This document shows positions 12,449 through 25,221 of a stretch of DNA of 64,000 nt, piece after piece (position 1 is the stretch's first letter; each line of letters starts with the position of its first letter). Source of the DNA: Callorhinchus milii (lineage: Eukaryota); assembly GCF_018977255.1 (NCBI RefSeq), contig NW_024704742.1, forward strand, positions 25,112,001-25,176,000, written 5' to 3'. The notes below the pieces were generated by a model. The model saw only the letters and a list, made by a program, of their open reading frames with translations. It had not been told where the DNA came from and ran no database searches. A program made the position numbers and the translations under genes.

Positions 12449-14399
12449 GATAACATGAAGATGTCTCAAAGCACGTCACAGTAATTATTGTTGTAGGTTG
12501 CGGCTGTTTTTGTCTCCAGATATGCACTGCTAACAGCGATGAAGTGAATGAACTATTTATCTGGAGGATTGTTGGCCAGGACACGAGGGAGAAACCCTTT
12601 TCAAATGGTGTTATGGGATTTCAAAAGCCCACCTGAATACAGAGAGACAGGACCTCAATTTAACATTTGATCTGAAGGATGGCTGTGAACTACACAGGAA
12701 GATAGGGTAAAGAGTAGGTCACTTGGCCTGGTGAGCCTATACTGCCATTTTCTGATCTGTAACTCAATACCATTTGCTTGGCTTGTCTCCTCACCCTTTG
12801 ATGCCTTTACTAGCCAAGTGTTTACCTGTTTCACTTTTAAACATTCAGATCGCCTCAAACTAGCTTGCCCATTCAGTTCGAATAACTAAACCTCTTCAAT
12901 CCAGGTATCACTCTGGTGAATTTTTTTGGGTCTGTCGAGTGTCTGACACATGCGGAAACCCATCACCGTGCTTAAGAAACAGACGACTGAATGGAATTAC
13001 TCTGAGGTGATGGTGAGGCTTATAGAGGTTCCACATATATCATATGATATCGGCATATCAGATGAGCCACGATATTGATTCAAACTGGTCTATACCAAGG
13101 ATATTAGTATTCCCAGGCAGTGAATGTTTTTCTTCATTAAAGAATATTGCGCTACTGTAGCCACGTTTCTTTTGCTTCATAACAAAGCTAAAATGTAGTG
13201 AACACAAAACACTTGCAAGCTTCATGTAGCACTTTGTATTTTCATTGTTAGTGCTTTGTTTCTGCCCATTTTTGAACTCAGGGAGCATTTGTTTCGAGTG
13301 CTGGTTCCCACACACATCTCCTAAAGACAGGAGAAGCTTTCTTTTCTCTGGGGAGTCATGTCAAACCAAGTAAAACAATTGATATTTGCAAGTTAAAGTG
13401 AAGACCAATTTAGGAACAGGAGTTGGCCACTTAGCCTGGAGGGCCCCTTCTTTAATGTCACGATAGATAAATTAATCCCATTCCCATCATATAAACAACA
13501 AGTAAATATAACCTACAGCACAGAATATTTTGGCAACTTGTAGCTAACAATTCATTCAGGTGAAAACAAGTGCTATGGTGTTGAGAGGATAATATTGGAT
13601 TATAAGATCAGCTCAGAACCAGTCAAGTTTGATATCATGTCATAAATTAACGGAACGTTCCTTTACCTATGAGGATATCAGAATTCTGTACTTCTTTCAC
13701 TTCCACAGCCAAAAACTGCTGACAAGAACTTGTATTTTCAACAGCTGTTACTGAGAGATTTAATATTGGAAATTGATGTTCTGGGACCAGTGGTATTTTT
13801 GTAGAACAAATTGCATTTTTATTCAGCACCTTTCACGTAAAAGAATGTCTGGGAGTGCTTCCAGAATGAGATTGATGAGAAATGAAGTAAAGGTCATGCA
13901 GTGAAATGCGGCAACGACAGTAATTTGCACCAACAACATCCCCAAATCTCCCAACAAGACGGAACAGCCTCTGAATTCTTTTAGGGGTAAATTTGGATGA
14001 GGGTAACTGTTAACCAAGACAACAACTTGTATTTATATAGCACCACTCACGAAAGGTAGTGACCCAGAGCCCTTGAAAGTGGCAGAGCATGACACCGAGC
14101 GCGGGGGGGTGGGGGGGGCAAGTGACCGTAAGCACGGTCGAAGAGGAAGGTCTTCATGCGTGACCTGAAGATGGGGAAGGAGTTGGCAAAGTGGCGGGAT
14201 TGAGGGAAAGTGTTCCAGAGTTTCGGGGCGTAGTGGCTGAAAGAGCTGACACTTGAAAGCCACTTTGTCCCTACTTTTGTGTGAAATGGTGGTAGGGAAA
14301 TTGTTCCTTAACATTCACCCGAATCACAAGGCAGATGGTATTTCAGTTTAGAGATTCATTCAAAAGGATGATTATCTGGAAATAAATATTTGTAATTAA

Positions 14400-14880
14400 T
14401 ATCACCTCCCGCCTTGACTATTCCAAAGCCCTCCTCGCTGGTCTCCAAGCTCCACTATCCATAAAATCCAACTAATTCAGAACTCTGTCGCCCAGATTGT
14501 AAAACCTGTAGCCCCATCACACCAGCCCTCACCAGGATCCACCTGCTCCCTATCACAGAACGGATCAACTTCCGGATCTTCACACTCATCTACATATCCC
14601 TTCACGCTCTGGCCCTTCCCTACCTTTCTGACTGCTTACTCCCCACCACCCGCCGCCTCTGCTCGGCTGGCTCTGGCCTCCTGCTTGTCACTTGTCCCCA
14701 CTGCCCCCCAAAACTTTGGAATTCTCTCCCTCAATCCCTCCGTCTTCTTTTTCAGATCAAGCCTGAATACCTTTCTCTTTGACCGTGCTTACGGACACCT
14801 CCTCCCCCTTCCTCAGCGTCGTGCTCCGTCACTGTTAAGGTCTCTGCGTGAAGAGCGCTATAGAAGTGCAAGTTATTGTT
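14400..14880 (+). mobile_element. Degenerate L2 3' fragment
   Basis: Colinear with 11860-12440 (CGCCTTGACTATTCC..., AATTCAGAACTCTG, GCGCTATAGAAGTGCAAG). Confidence 0.7.
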
Positions 14881-15670
14881 ACACACCTCAGCAAGAGATG
14901 TAACTCAGGGCAAAGTATTTGACTGCAGATCAAGTGGTCTCCAGTTCGTATCTGGATATTCCCTCATAGCCATTGCATTTAGGGCGCTATATAAATCCAA
15001 GTTGTTGTTGTTGTGGAGTCATATTCCTGATGCCTTCTCTAATCTCCTGATGTATTATAATTTCTTCTCTGGCAGCTACTTTTTGACTGTTTTCAGACCT
15101 AACTGCACCACTCTTTGGTACATTTAGCTATAATGCTGGCTGACCTATTTGGCATGTACTCAGGTAAGGATTTCTAAGAAGACTGCAATAAAATTAGTTG
15201 TAATTGATGCAGTGCGTTTCATCTCAGGAAGTCATCTCAAAGTGCTTCACAAAATTTATTGTAGATTGTCTGTGTATTTTGTAGATACCAGCCAATTTGC
15301 ACACAACAAAGTCCCACACACAGCTATGAAGTTAAAAAAACAATTTTATTTGGGTGATTGTTGGCCAGGACACCAGGGAAATCTGCCTTCCTTTTTCAAA
15401 TGGTGCTATCTTTAACATCCACCCAAACAGGCGGATGGGAGGTCAGTTTTATTGAATCATCCAAAGGAAGGCATGCACCTCCAACAATGTAGTACTCCAA
15501 AATAACTGAATTGGTGTGTCAGCCTAAATTACAAGCTAAATTCCTGATATGGGTCTGATACAGTGGTGAGAGAGCACCAACAACTGATGACACAAATTAA
15601 TGTTTGAATGTGGCCTAATTATATTGAAGCAAGTTGATAATTGTATTTAAATGGAGATATTAATTCATTG

Positions 15671-15807
15671 AGATTTATGAAAGTACTTCATTAGTGAGAA
15701 ATATCTAATCATTTATAATCTAACCTCAATCCAAACAATCCAATTTGGATTGATTTTTAGATTATAAATTATTAGTTATTTCTCACTAATGAAAGCATTC
15801 CATATCT
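15671..15807. repeat. AT-rich inverted repeat / hairpin with ~50-bp arms and short loop
   Basis: TTCATTAGTGAGAAATATCTAATCATTTATAATCTAA..TCAATCCAAA pairs with TTTGGATTGA..TTAGATTATAAATTATTAGTTATTTCTCACTAATGAA. Confidence 0.85.
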
Positions 15808-15919
15808 GTAACAACAGCACCTCGGGTCAAATGCAGTGAGTGAATGTTACCTTTGAAAAGCACCAGGTACAGATTATACCAAACAGGAAGAGTAAATAAT
15901 GCACACAAATATTAAAATA

Positions 15920-17778
15920 TTTTGTCAATTTGACAAGACTTTATTTTAACCACATACAAGCCACGGGATTCACTATTTCTTCACTAACAATCATAGATCT
16001 TTATCTTGACTGGACTGGTGTATTTATCCCTCCAACCAATACAATCTGAGCCAATTCAAAACTCTTACGCGGCCTTCCCCTGCCTCCATTTGCTAATTCA
16101 CAAACTACCATCTTGAATTGCTTCCAATCAGAAACTGGCTAAATACCTTATCTTGAACTGGCTCCTCTCCATTAATTTCCCAGATTCAATTCTCACCAAG
16201 GTTCTCCAGATTCAACACACAAACAGACTCCACAGGCTATGGGGATTGCTGGGGTTTGGGCATCACATAAGCTCCCTATTTCTTAAGACTTGCTCCTCAC
16301 TTGCTGTCTGCCTGCTCCCAGTCCTGAAGTCTCAGTTGGATACAAGAGGCCATTCTCTCATGTGCACTTTTATTAGATCTCGCTAATTCAGCAATGAACT
16401 TTATGTCCCAGGATGAATTGAATACCACCTGATATTTTGCAAATTAATGGTGGTAGAAAATAGTACTGATTACAGATTCTAGAGGTTCAAGGAATTAATC
16501 AGTATGTAAATATACTGAACCTCATGTTGGAATCTGTACATTTATTCAGCTACAACTGTGTTGCAGGTGTTCAATGTTTCTGCTTCCTAGCGGTTTACAG
16601 TTTAGTTCTTCCTTTAAAATGGTCACCCATTGTCATGTGACGTTTATTGTGGGCATTTGATGTACACTTAATATATGGCCTATCCATTTGACTAGCTCTA
16701 GGCAGACAAATATGGTTTTATAAGATTAAACAAGTATACACAGATTATACCAACATTTTTTTTGTTTTAAAAATAATCAAACAGAATTATTTTAATCAAT
16801 AGCCAGTCATAAATTAATTCCACATAAAAGAAGCAAAAACAGAATTACAAAGGAAACTTTCTTTTTAATGCAGGCGAGTCTTTGCCAGTTGAACTGGAAG
16901 AATGGCACAGAAATACCTGCATTCAGGTCCTCTCAGCAGTCTCACACGGCCTGACTCAGGCAGGAGGAATTTATTCATATTAACATTCAACACTGTCCCA
17001 TACAGTTCACTCATTCACTTGTTTTTCAATGAAACCTAAATTTAGGTAGATACCTTTTGTACATTACTTTACAAAGTTTGTTAAGTTTTCTATGTACACA
17101 TTGTATTTTATAATGTGCATCTCTAAACCACATTCAACGATCCTCCTGCAAGTGATCTTATTCTGTAAATCGACCGTAGTCTGCATTTGATTACAACAAT
17201 CCAGTAAAAATTCCTAACTGTCTAAGCACATATAATCACCACCTCTACCACTGCCAATACCAGTGAAAATCAAAACGTTACACTGATACTTTACACATAG
17301 CAAAATTAATTTAGATCAAGCTGCTTTATGAAATTTTGTAGAAGAAATAGGGCTTGTACAAGGTAATAAATAAATCCATTCTATTTGTAGTAAGGAGCAA
17401 GGCCTCTACAACTCCTGCTCTATCTAGATGTAAACATTTCAGCCCGTTCTTCAATGCCATTAATATATAAATACAATGGCATTTACATCTTCACAGTCAC
17501 ACAGAGCAGAAACACATAACATTACAGTGTAGTAACTTCCAAGAATTGATTCTGCAAGGTTACTAAGTTTCATTGACCAACTTTTTTGTGATATTTCTAT
17601 CAATGATGTGAAAACCTCCATCAGGACTGAAACACTGTTAAGTTATTCATCTCATATCGTAACATAAAATTTATCCTCCAAGGTAAACATGACTGCTTCG
17701 GATGACAGTACTGTTTCCCACCCTTCCCTTCCCAAAACGAGATCACTGAGCAGTTTCAACTCACTGAAACGACAACTT
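15920..17778 (-). other. SEC24B: Probable SEC24B 3' UTR (end uncertain)
   Basis: TE-poor AT-rich sequence after the stop codon; minus-strand AATAAA candidates at 16970-16975, 16643-16648, 16541-16546, 15940-15945. Confidence 0.5.
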
Positions 17779-17893
17779 TTATTTGGAGATTTGCTGCTGA
17801 ATATGAAGAAGAAACTCATAATATGATAATGCAGATTCAGTTCTGTCTTCCACCAAGTTCTGTAAAAAGTTTGCTTTGGATGGACTCTCATCC
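17779..17893 (-). CDS. SEC24B: SEC24B exon 24 (last): DESPSKANFLQNLVEDRTESALSYYEFLLHIQQQISK*
   Basis: AG acceptor, TAA stop, conserved Sec24 C-terminus (LVEDR..SYYEFL). Confidence 0.95.
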
Positions 17894-18382
17894 CTGTTGA
17901 CACATGACAGAAAAGTCAATGTTATGTGATGGAGATTCACAATACACAGCAGTGGTCAATATTATTACAACTCTAGGAACTTAAATCCTGTATTTACTTA
18001 ATACAATACTATTTGCAACAACAAAAAAAACATTATCAGTACATGGTCTGTAAATAACTATTGCTAAAATCGATATATTATTTTTAAAAGAAAAGCATTT
18101 TAAAAGAACTATTTTGAAATATCCTTAAACTTGAAGATGAATAAAAACAAATCCCCCAAATCTGCAAATCCACAGCAGGAGGCCAATGAACATCTATAAG
18201 AGCTAGAGAAGTTAAAGCTTTAGACCTGACCTTTCATATGAGTTGAAAGATCATTTCCAAAATGTAAACCTGCTTTCACTTTCAGATGCTCATTGACTTG
18301 TTGTGGATTTCCACCATTTTGGTGGGGGGTTGTTTATCAGATTTCTGGAGTCTGTAACTTTATGTTTTGTCAAAGTACTTAC

Positions 18383-18486
18383 TTCACAATATAAAGAATT
18401 GGAAAGAGCGGTCTGTTTTCTCGAAGCCAGGAAATAAAATTTATTGTTCTTTGAGATAAAGCTGTGTTCAATTCTGGCAGCTGAGT
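18383..18486 (-). CDS. SEC24B: SEC24B exon 23: TQLPELNTALSQRTINFISWLRENRPLFPILYIVK
   Basis: AG/GTAAGT boundaries, phase 0 to 2, homologous to human THLPELDTLSSERARSFITWLR. Confidence 0.93.
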
Positions 18487-19196
18487 CTTTAACAGTATTT
18501 GGGAGGTGAGAAGGGGGAGAAGAAATCAAGATAAGAATATGTTAATCAGCAGCAAATACACTTCCAGTTGATAACGTCATTAAATTATTAAAACTATTGG
18601 AATACATATCAGGCGTATCTCTGGTTTAGCCCATTCCACATTTTCGCTGTATGAAATGTTTTCTCAATTTACTATTTATTTGCCTGGAACAACTTTGTCA
18701 ATTCACTTCATAATCTTTAAACTTTATTACTTTGCTGCAAAGTCCATTGTTCTCCAAGCAAGGCAGGGCAACACCACACCCAGAATCATCTTGGTTGCTC
18801 GTTTCTGATCTACTGATCGTTGCTGATCAATATAGTATTGACTGCCTCAGTGTCGATCCTCCTCCAATGAGGATGAACTTCCAGTCAATTGAAAACTTCT
18901 GGTGTTGTGGTGTCCAGTTCAGCTAAGTGTTACACTGGATTTCACTACATGCTTCAGTCCCTCAAACAGCCATGAAGTGAACGACCAATTTCATCTGGGG
19001 GATTATGGGCTAGGACACTGGAAGGAACTCCCTTCTTTTTTTTTTGAATAGCGTGAATGAATCTTTAACATCAATGTTATTTGTGTATTAGAGGTGAAGT
19101 TAATTTTGTTTGTCTAAACTTTTGGGTATTATATTTAAGTTTAAATTGATACACAAACTCAGTTGATGCTCTCAGGGGGACACACAGCAGCAGAGA

Positions 19197-19385
19197 CCAG
19201 GTGATTCCCAGCTGAGGCCAGGTGATTCCCAGCAGAGACCAGGTGATTCCCAGCAGAGACCAGGTGATTCCCAGCTGAGGCCAGGTGATTCCCAGCTGAG
19301 GCCAGGTGATTCCCAGCTGAGGCCAGGTGATTCCCAGCAGAGACCAGGTGATTCCCAGCAGAGACCAGGTGATTCCCAGCTGAGG
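19197..19385. repeat. 21-bp minisatellite CCAGGTGATTCCCAGC(AGAGA/TGAGG), 9 copies
   Basis: Units start every 21 nt from 19197 to 19365; two variants. Confidence 0.95.
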
Positions 19386-19610
19386 TGAGACAGACAGGTT
19401 TACTTTGTGCGTTCTATCGCCACCTCATGGCCATCACAAGAATGACACAGGTCGAAGCAGGGAGACAGACGCTCACAAACTCCCCTCTGGTGTATATGCA
19501 ATATCCAGAGAGGATGGAAGCTCAACCAGCTTTAAATGTGGGAAATCCCCCATTACTTAAAATTATTTTAGAAACTGAATAGATTCAAAGCCTATTTCTC
19601 ATCAATATCA

Positions 19611-20025
19611 GGTGTTAATGGCTCAGTTAGTAGCACAGTCACCTCTGAGTCAGAAGGTTGTGAGTTGAAGCTCTATGTGGGCACTCTGAGCTTATTCTGA
19701 TATTCTAGTTCAGTGCTGGGGGGGGACTGCGTTATTGGAGGAGCCATCCTTCAGTTGAGGCATTGAACCAGGATTCCATCTACCCTTTCAGATGGACATT
19801 AAAGATCCCATGGCACTACTTGAAAAGAGAAGGGAGTTTTCTGGCCAACAAACCTCCAGATAAAATTGGTCATTCACTTTATGGCTGTTTTGAGGGAAAT
19901 TGCTGCAGGCAAATTCGCTGCCAAGTTCACCTACAAATACACAGTTACTAACTTCACAGAAAAACCTTGTGAAGCACTTTTAGATGTTTCAAATATAAGG
20001 TGCTTTATCAAAAGTAAAGATTGTT
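19611..20025 (+). mobile_element. Older Deu-domain SINE (SacSINE1/AmnSINE1-like)
   Basis: Head GGCTCAGTTAGTAGCAC..CTCTGAGTCAGAAGGTTG, central AAAGATCCCATGGCACTA..GAAAAGAG..CTGGCCAA, L2-type tail. Confidence 0.75.
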
Positions 20026-20133
20026 ACACTAATTTATAAAACAATTTAAGAATAATGCAGTCAAACGCGTGCTGCATATATTATTCAACAGCAGTGCATC
20101 AATTTCACACTTACACAAAGCCCATCAACTTAC

Positions 20134-20226
20134 CATGTTTTGTGGTACTGAAGAGTAGTTCGAAAAGCCAAGCACTTCACTTATAAAGTTTGCGGAGCAA
20201 CTCTTTCCGATCCAGAGATACAAAGC
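20134..20226 (-). CDS. SEC24B: SEC24B exon 22: ALYLWIGKSCSANFISEVLGFSNYSSVPQNM (gelsolin-like domain)
   Basis: AG/GTAAGT, 93 nt, phase 0-0. Confidence 0.93.
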
Positions 20227-21717
20227 CTTAAAAGCAAGGACACCATTACTTCCATCTGGGTACAATGACAGACAGCTTAAAAAGACACATTATTAGTCCC
20301 TTGAAGTGAGAAACTTTATCTGAAATACCAACAATGCGTACAGTGAGTACAGGGTATGATTCTAATATTAACAAAAATATCAGATGTAAGGTTCCTCAGT
20401 ACAATATTCAGGTTCATGTCAAGGTGTACGTGTGCGTGTGTGAGGGGCATGAATTCTAAACTGTTTAATTACATGACTTCCTAGACATGGTTTATGAGGA
20501 CATGATTGACATGCTTAAAGAATTCAGTGATAAAATTGGATGATAGGGCGTATTGGTGGCCAGGCTTATTCTCAGTAAACTGGTTGACGCCTTTTAATGT
20601 AATGTGCATATAAAGAAAATAATTGGAATGTTTCTACCTTAAAGCTTAGTCATATTCTCCACACAAGTGAACCAACCATCTCCACAATTAAGATAATTAG
20701 TAATCATAGATCATTAATCTTAGTTTATTACTTCTTTATAGAATTCTTCATTAAAATACTAAATTAATAAATTTCCCTCAGGCAGTAGGGGACACTAAAT
20801 TGAATCTTATGTTCTCGATTTAATTAGAGAAAGCTGAGGGAGGCATGAGGTGTCATTCCATTTCAGAAGAGCTGAGGTGTTGCCTGGAGCTATTGCTCAC
20901 TTCCAATGAAATTGTGACAACATTTTGCTCTGGAAGATTGTCATATGGATGCACTCCAGACAAATCCTACAAATCGGAGCTCTGAGTCATCTTGATAGTC
21001 AATCGTGAGTCCATCTGCTGAAACATCTGCATGCCTGTGGGATGCTGAGTTAGTGAGACTCTTTGTCAACTCAATAAACCCAAAGGGGCTTGTAAGAAAT
21101 CAATCTCATCTGGATGCAATGTAAATTAACACCAGAGCCTCACTTGCTGTCCTGTTTCTTGGATTATTTTTCTGAGAATGAGGTCTTCATCACATGTGAG
21201 AAAATTCCCATATTTAGCCTGAAAATGAGTTAACAAAGAATATTCATGACAGGTCATATGTCAAGTGAGAGAGAGAAGGGGTGGAAGAGTTCTCCTTATA
21301 CTCTGTGAGAACTTAACAAGGTTGAGATTAATTGATCTAAATTCTACTGTAGTTGGCGATTGAAGATGGAAGAGGAGAAGACACAAAAAAGCTGGAATTG
21401 TATATAATGCAAATATAGATTGAATTCATGGTAGAGTTTATTGTGAATAACTCGAGTGTCTGGAATGTAGGGTTCGTAACCGTGATGGTGTACGATCTAC
21501 CACAATGCTTGTGCTGGGTCACACAAATGTGCAAGATTAATCATTATCTTTGTCAACCTGCTCTCTGAAAGTGTCCTCTGACTTCCTCTTCCAAGACCGC
21601 GTGGAATCCCTGGAGAACCTGGTTCCTTCAGCCGATTCACTGAATGCTTTCTCATTGAGAACACTTCCAGGCATATAAATTGTACAAAATTCTATTATTG
21701 GGTCAAAAAATACTTAC

Positions 21718-21822
21718 AAAACCACAATCCATCAAGTAAGCACCTTCCCGTGACAGTTTTTCTGCAGAAAGTTGTATAATAGGTGGCTGGGGAATGGTTC
21801 TGTCGCTGACGTTGATGGAACC
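21718..21822 (-). CDS. SEC24B: SEC24B exon 21: GSINVSDRTIPQPPIIQLSAEKLSREGAYLMDCGF
   Basis: AG/GTAAGT, 105 nt, phase 0-0. Confidence 0.95.
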
Positions 21823-24274
21823 CTAACACAAAGATAGAAGCAAAACATTACCAATGCAATTGGTCTTACAAGAGTGAAAAAAAGTTATTTTAGATATTAA
21901 TATTTATATGGTGGTCTTATGTCTCAATAGATACAGCATTGAGCTCTAAAGCAGAGGCTCCATCCTTCCTCCCCTGGCAGTCAGACACCAGTGGAATACT
22001 GCAGTAGACTTCGATTTGCTATAAAGTGTAATGCTCTTCAAATCTGCAGCCTACCACTACATGATATAGGATACTCGGCACCAATGTGCCACACAAAACC
22101 TTTGTGCATAAATGTGGAATGAATACTTGGCAAGGATAATATCTATAAATCTCTACACTTATGGAAAGTACACTAATAATTCTAAAATAATTGCCACAAC
22201 TGTGTTCAAATAAACACAAATGTCATCATTGCACTGTTTAAGATTTTTTAAACAATTTCAGGCATTAATGAGGGTCATGCATTTTGTACCAATGGAAAAT
22301 TTTGATTAATTCTCTGGTTACTTGAGGTGATCAATATAAAATTCACAATCACAACCAAAACAAACATGAAGGACATCCAAACATGAGAGAGTGAATGATT
22401 GTAGCATGAGTGAACTATTCTGGCTGGAAACCAAATTGTGAACGACGCTAATTCAAAATTAGGAACATCTTGATAAATAGCAAACAGCAACCATTAGTCA
22501 AGTAAAGTGATAATCAAATGAATCACACAAAAAAGTACGAAATTCTCAGCCGAGCAAGAAAAATAAAGCATAGGTTTAAAATTAAAGATTAACAGATGGT
22601 ACAGCTCAGAAACAGTCCATTCAGCCCTTCCAGTCTGGCTGGTGCTTGTCCTCCACACAATGCCTATCTTAGATCCTATCTCTAGTCCCATATTACGGCT
22701 TTTCCCCCTTATACCTCAACCTTATTCTCTCTTAACCATGTGTGCAATGTTTTTATTGAATACGCACATGCCGCCCCAACAATTGACCCCAGCAGGAAAT
22801 TCCACGCTCCCACCACTCTCTGTGTTAAAAAAAAGGCCAATTCAATTTGTACATTTTAAAAAATGAAAATAAAATGGAAAGGAAATGCATTTCTCCCCAA
22901 CCCTCCATTAAAGAATATGCTTGCTTCCTTTACCGACAATATGCAGGCACTTACAACACAATTTACAGTGATGGGACTTACACTGAAATTCTTCAAATAT
23001 GCATGAAATCTTTCCAATCTCATCTCTTTCCCTCTTCTACCTCCCGACAGTATAAAAGATAGTACAACAGGGAGAATCAGGAGAAGAGAGTACAGTGGAT
23101 TAACAGTGCAGTGCAGGTTCGTTATAACATAGTAGGTAGGGCGCGTAAAATGAAACCGCATTGTAAATGAGACACATTATATCACCTCTCGCACACTGAC
23201 ATTATGAAGCCTTACTCAGGTGCAGGAAGCTGCCCAGACAGCAGCAGAGGAAAAGAGGTTGAAAGAGAACTTTAGGTCTGCGCTTTCCCTCTATCACAAC
23301 CTCTTTCCACAACAAATATTTGGCTGTAGCTCCACCTCACATTCACGTCTGGGATTGCTGTTGGTGCTGTATTGCATACACATTGAACTGTACACTGAGC
23401 ACATTAGAATGAGACTGCACTGTAACACACTATGATGGTAGCCTCGTCTCTAGTAGGTTGAAAAGAAATAAAAACAGCTCTTGTTCTTTGACTCAGTATT
23501 GTCAAATCACAATGGGTCAGTTCACTCTTTTGAGATCCATCTCAATCAGCCGGCCTCTTTACAATAAATAGGAGTAAATCCCCATATTTTTCTGTCTTCA
23601 GCAAATTGAGCTTGGAAGGGAACAAAAAAAATAACAACTTGCATTCATATAGCACCCTTCACGCAGATAGCATCTCGGAGTCCTGGCAAGACAACTTCAG
23701 TACTGTATTTCTGTATGAAATTTGATTTACATTGCATTTTGGAGTCAAGAAAAATCTACACTGCACCCTACAACTGCTTGATACGACAGGTATTTTAAAT
23801 GATTGGATGTCTTTAGTGCATGAGTCAAAGAACAATTATTTTAATGAACTATGTAAACGGATTTGCAGATCGGAAATAATTTACTGTATATAGAAGTTGA
23901 GGGTTTTGTGCAAGGATAAATGTAGTGCTAAGAAAGCAAGGAGTATAGAGAAAGCCAGAAAACAGCAATGTAGTTTTGTCAGCAGAAAAGACATATTATT
24001 TCGAAATGTATCTTTTTCCGCATGAGAGCATGCAATTATTTACTATGACATTTTCTGTTCAGGAATATTCTAATCTCATAACTATGACTTTAATTGTTCA
24101 CCCTACAGTAAATACACCTAGTGGATGGAGATTCGTTATACTGTTGATTATTCTAATTAGAAAAAAAACCTTTAGAGAAGAGATAACCTCTGAGCCCTGG
24201 TTTTAGGAATTCCCCATTTTTACTGAAACGGATTTAAAGTTGAAAGTTTTGTTTTAATACATTATTGCTCTGAC

Positions 24275-24412
24275 CTCATCAGATAGATTGTCTATTCTGT
24301 ACAAGCAGGGATGAATCATGAGCATCAGATGAACCAGTGGCTGAATCTTCATCTCACACATGGCAAATACCCGTTCATCCAAACGAGTGCTGGTGCCAGT
24401 TCTGAACGCTTT
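24275..24412 (-). CDS. SEC24B: SEC24B exon 20: KAFRTGTSTRLDERVFAMCEMKIQPLVHLMLMIHPCLYRIDNLSDE
   Basis: AG/GT, 138 nt, strong similarity to human SEC24B. Confidence 0.95.
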
Positions 24413-25045
24413 CTGCACAAACAAAAGATCAGGCAAAATATTATTATTTTTTCTGTACAATGGTGGGTAAAATTGTCAAATAAATCAGCAAAGCCTGGCT
24501 TCCCATCTCGTCAGTTAGCTTTCCCCCCCCCGAGCTCTTGGAATAAAATCAAAGCAGACGTTGCAAACAGTCACATTGTGGCTCGATGAGGCAGGGTCTT
24601 CAAGAGCAGAGTGCTCTCTGACACTCAGCACTCGGTGCTTGCATCACCGAGCTGTGTTGCCTCTTCAGCAAAGTCCAGAAGGATTATTTTATTTTAAGAA
24701 ACCTGGCTGACAATGTCACCAACATACTGCTTCAAATCTAATTAAGATCATTTTACCAATAGACAGAATTTATAAACGTTAGCGCTAGAAAGCAAATACA
24801 GTACATCAAGTATTATGTTCAAATCCAGGCACTTATGTCAGCAGCTCCTTCCTTTACAAGCCAGTAATCATTTATTGTGTGTTTTTTTTTAAAACAATAG
24901 AGCTTCTATGAAATTTACGAGTTTCTAACCTTAATTTTCTATTAGAAACCTGCAGCCAGAGAGACACAAATGCATAGACCAGCTATTTTGAATTTGCTGC
25001 CACACTGTGTAGAAGATTTCGCAAGTTCTGTTGTTTCAGACGTAC

Positions 25046-25221
25046 CTGCTTCAGAAGAGCCAGAACATAGAGGGCGAACAGCCTGAGGCAGTACGGAGCC
25101 ACTAATACAGATTGTTGGAGGTTAGAGACGGTTGAATGGTAGGCAGATAAAGAATCTATCGCAGCATTTATCAAGGCGTCCCTAGCATCGGGTAGACTTG
25201 ATGAAATAGATCGATCAACAG
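25046..25221 (-). CDS. SEC24B: SEC24B exon 19: AVDRSISSSLPDARDAL...YVLALLKQ (helical domain)
   Basis: AG/GT, 176 nt, phase 1 to 0. Confidence 0.95.

Noticed and set aside
10524..12458. Reverse-transcriptase ORFs as an active or domesticated gene
   Set aside because: Split by frameshifts, no endonuclease domain, 5'-truncated; an ordinary dead L2 copy
19197..19385. CRISPR-like regular repeats (also 3547-3710 and 63047-63450)
   Set aside because: Head-to-tail units without unique spacers, no cas genes, vertebrate context
21348..21663. Possible second solo LTR (TGT..ACA, minus-strand AATAAA at 21437-21442)
   Set aside because: TSD imperfect (CTAC versus CTTC) and terminal inverted match weak; not supportable without a database search
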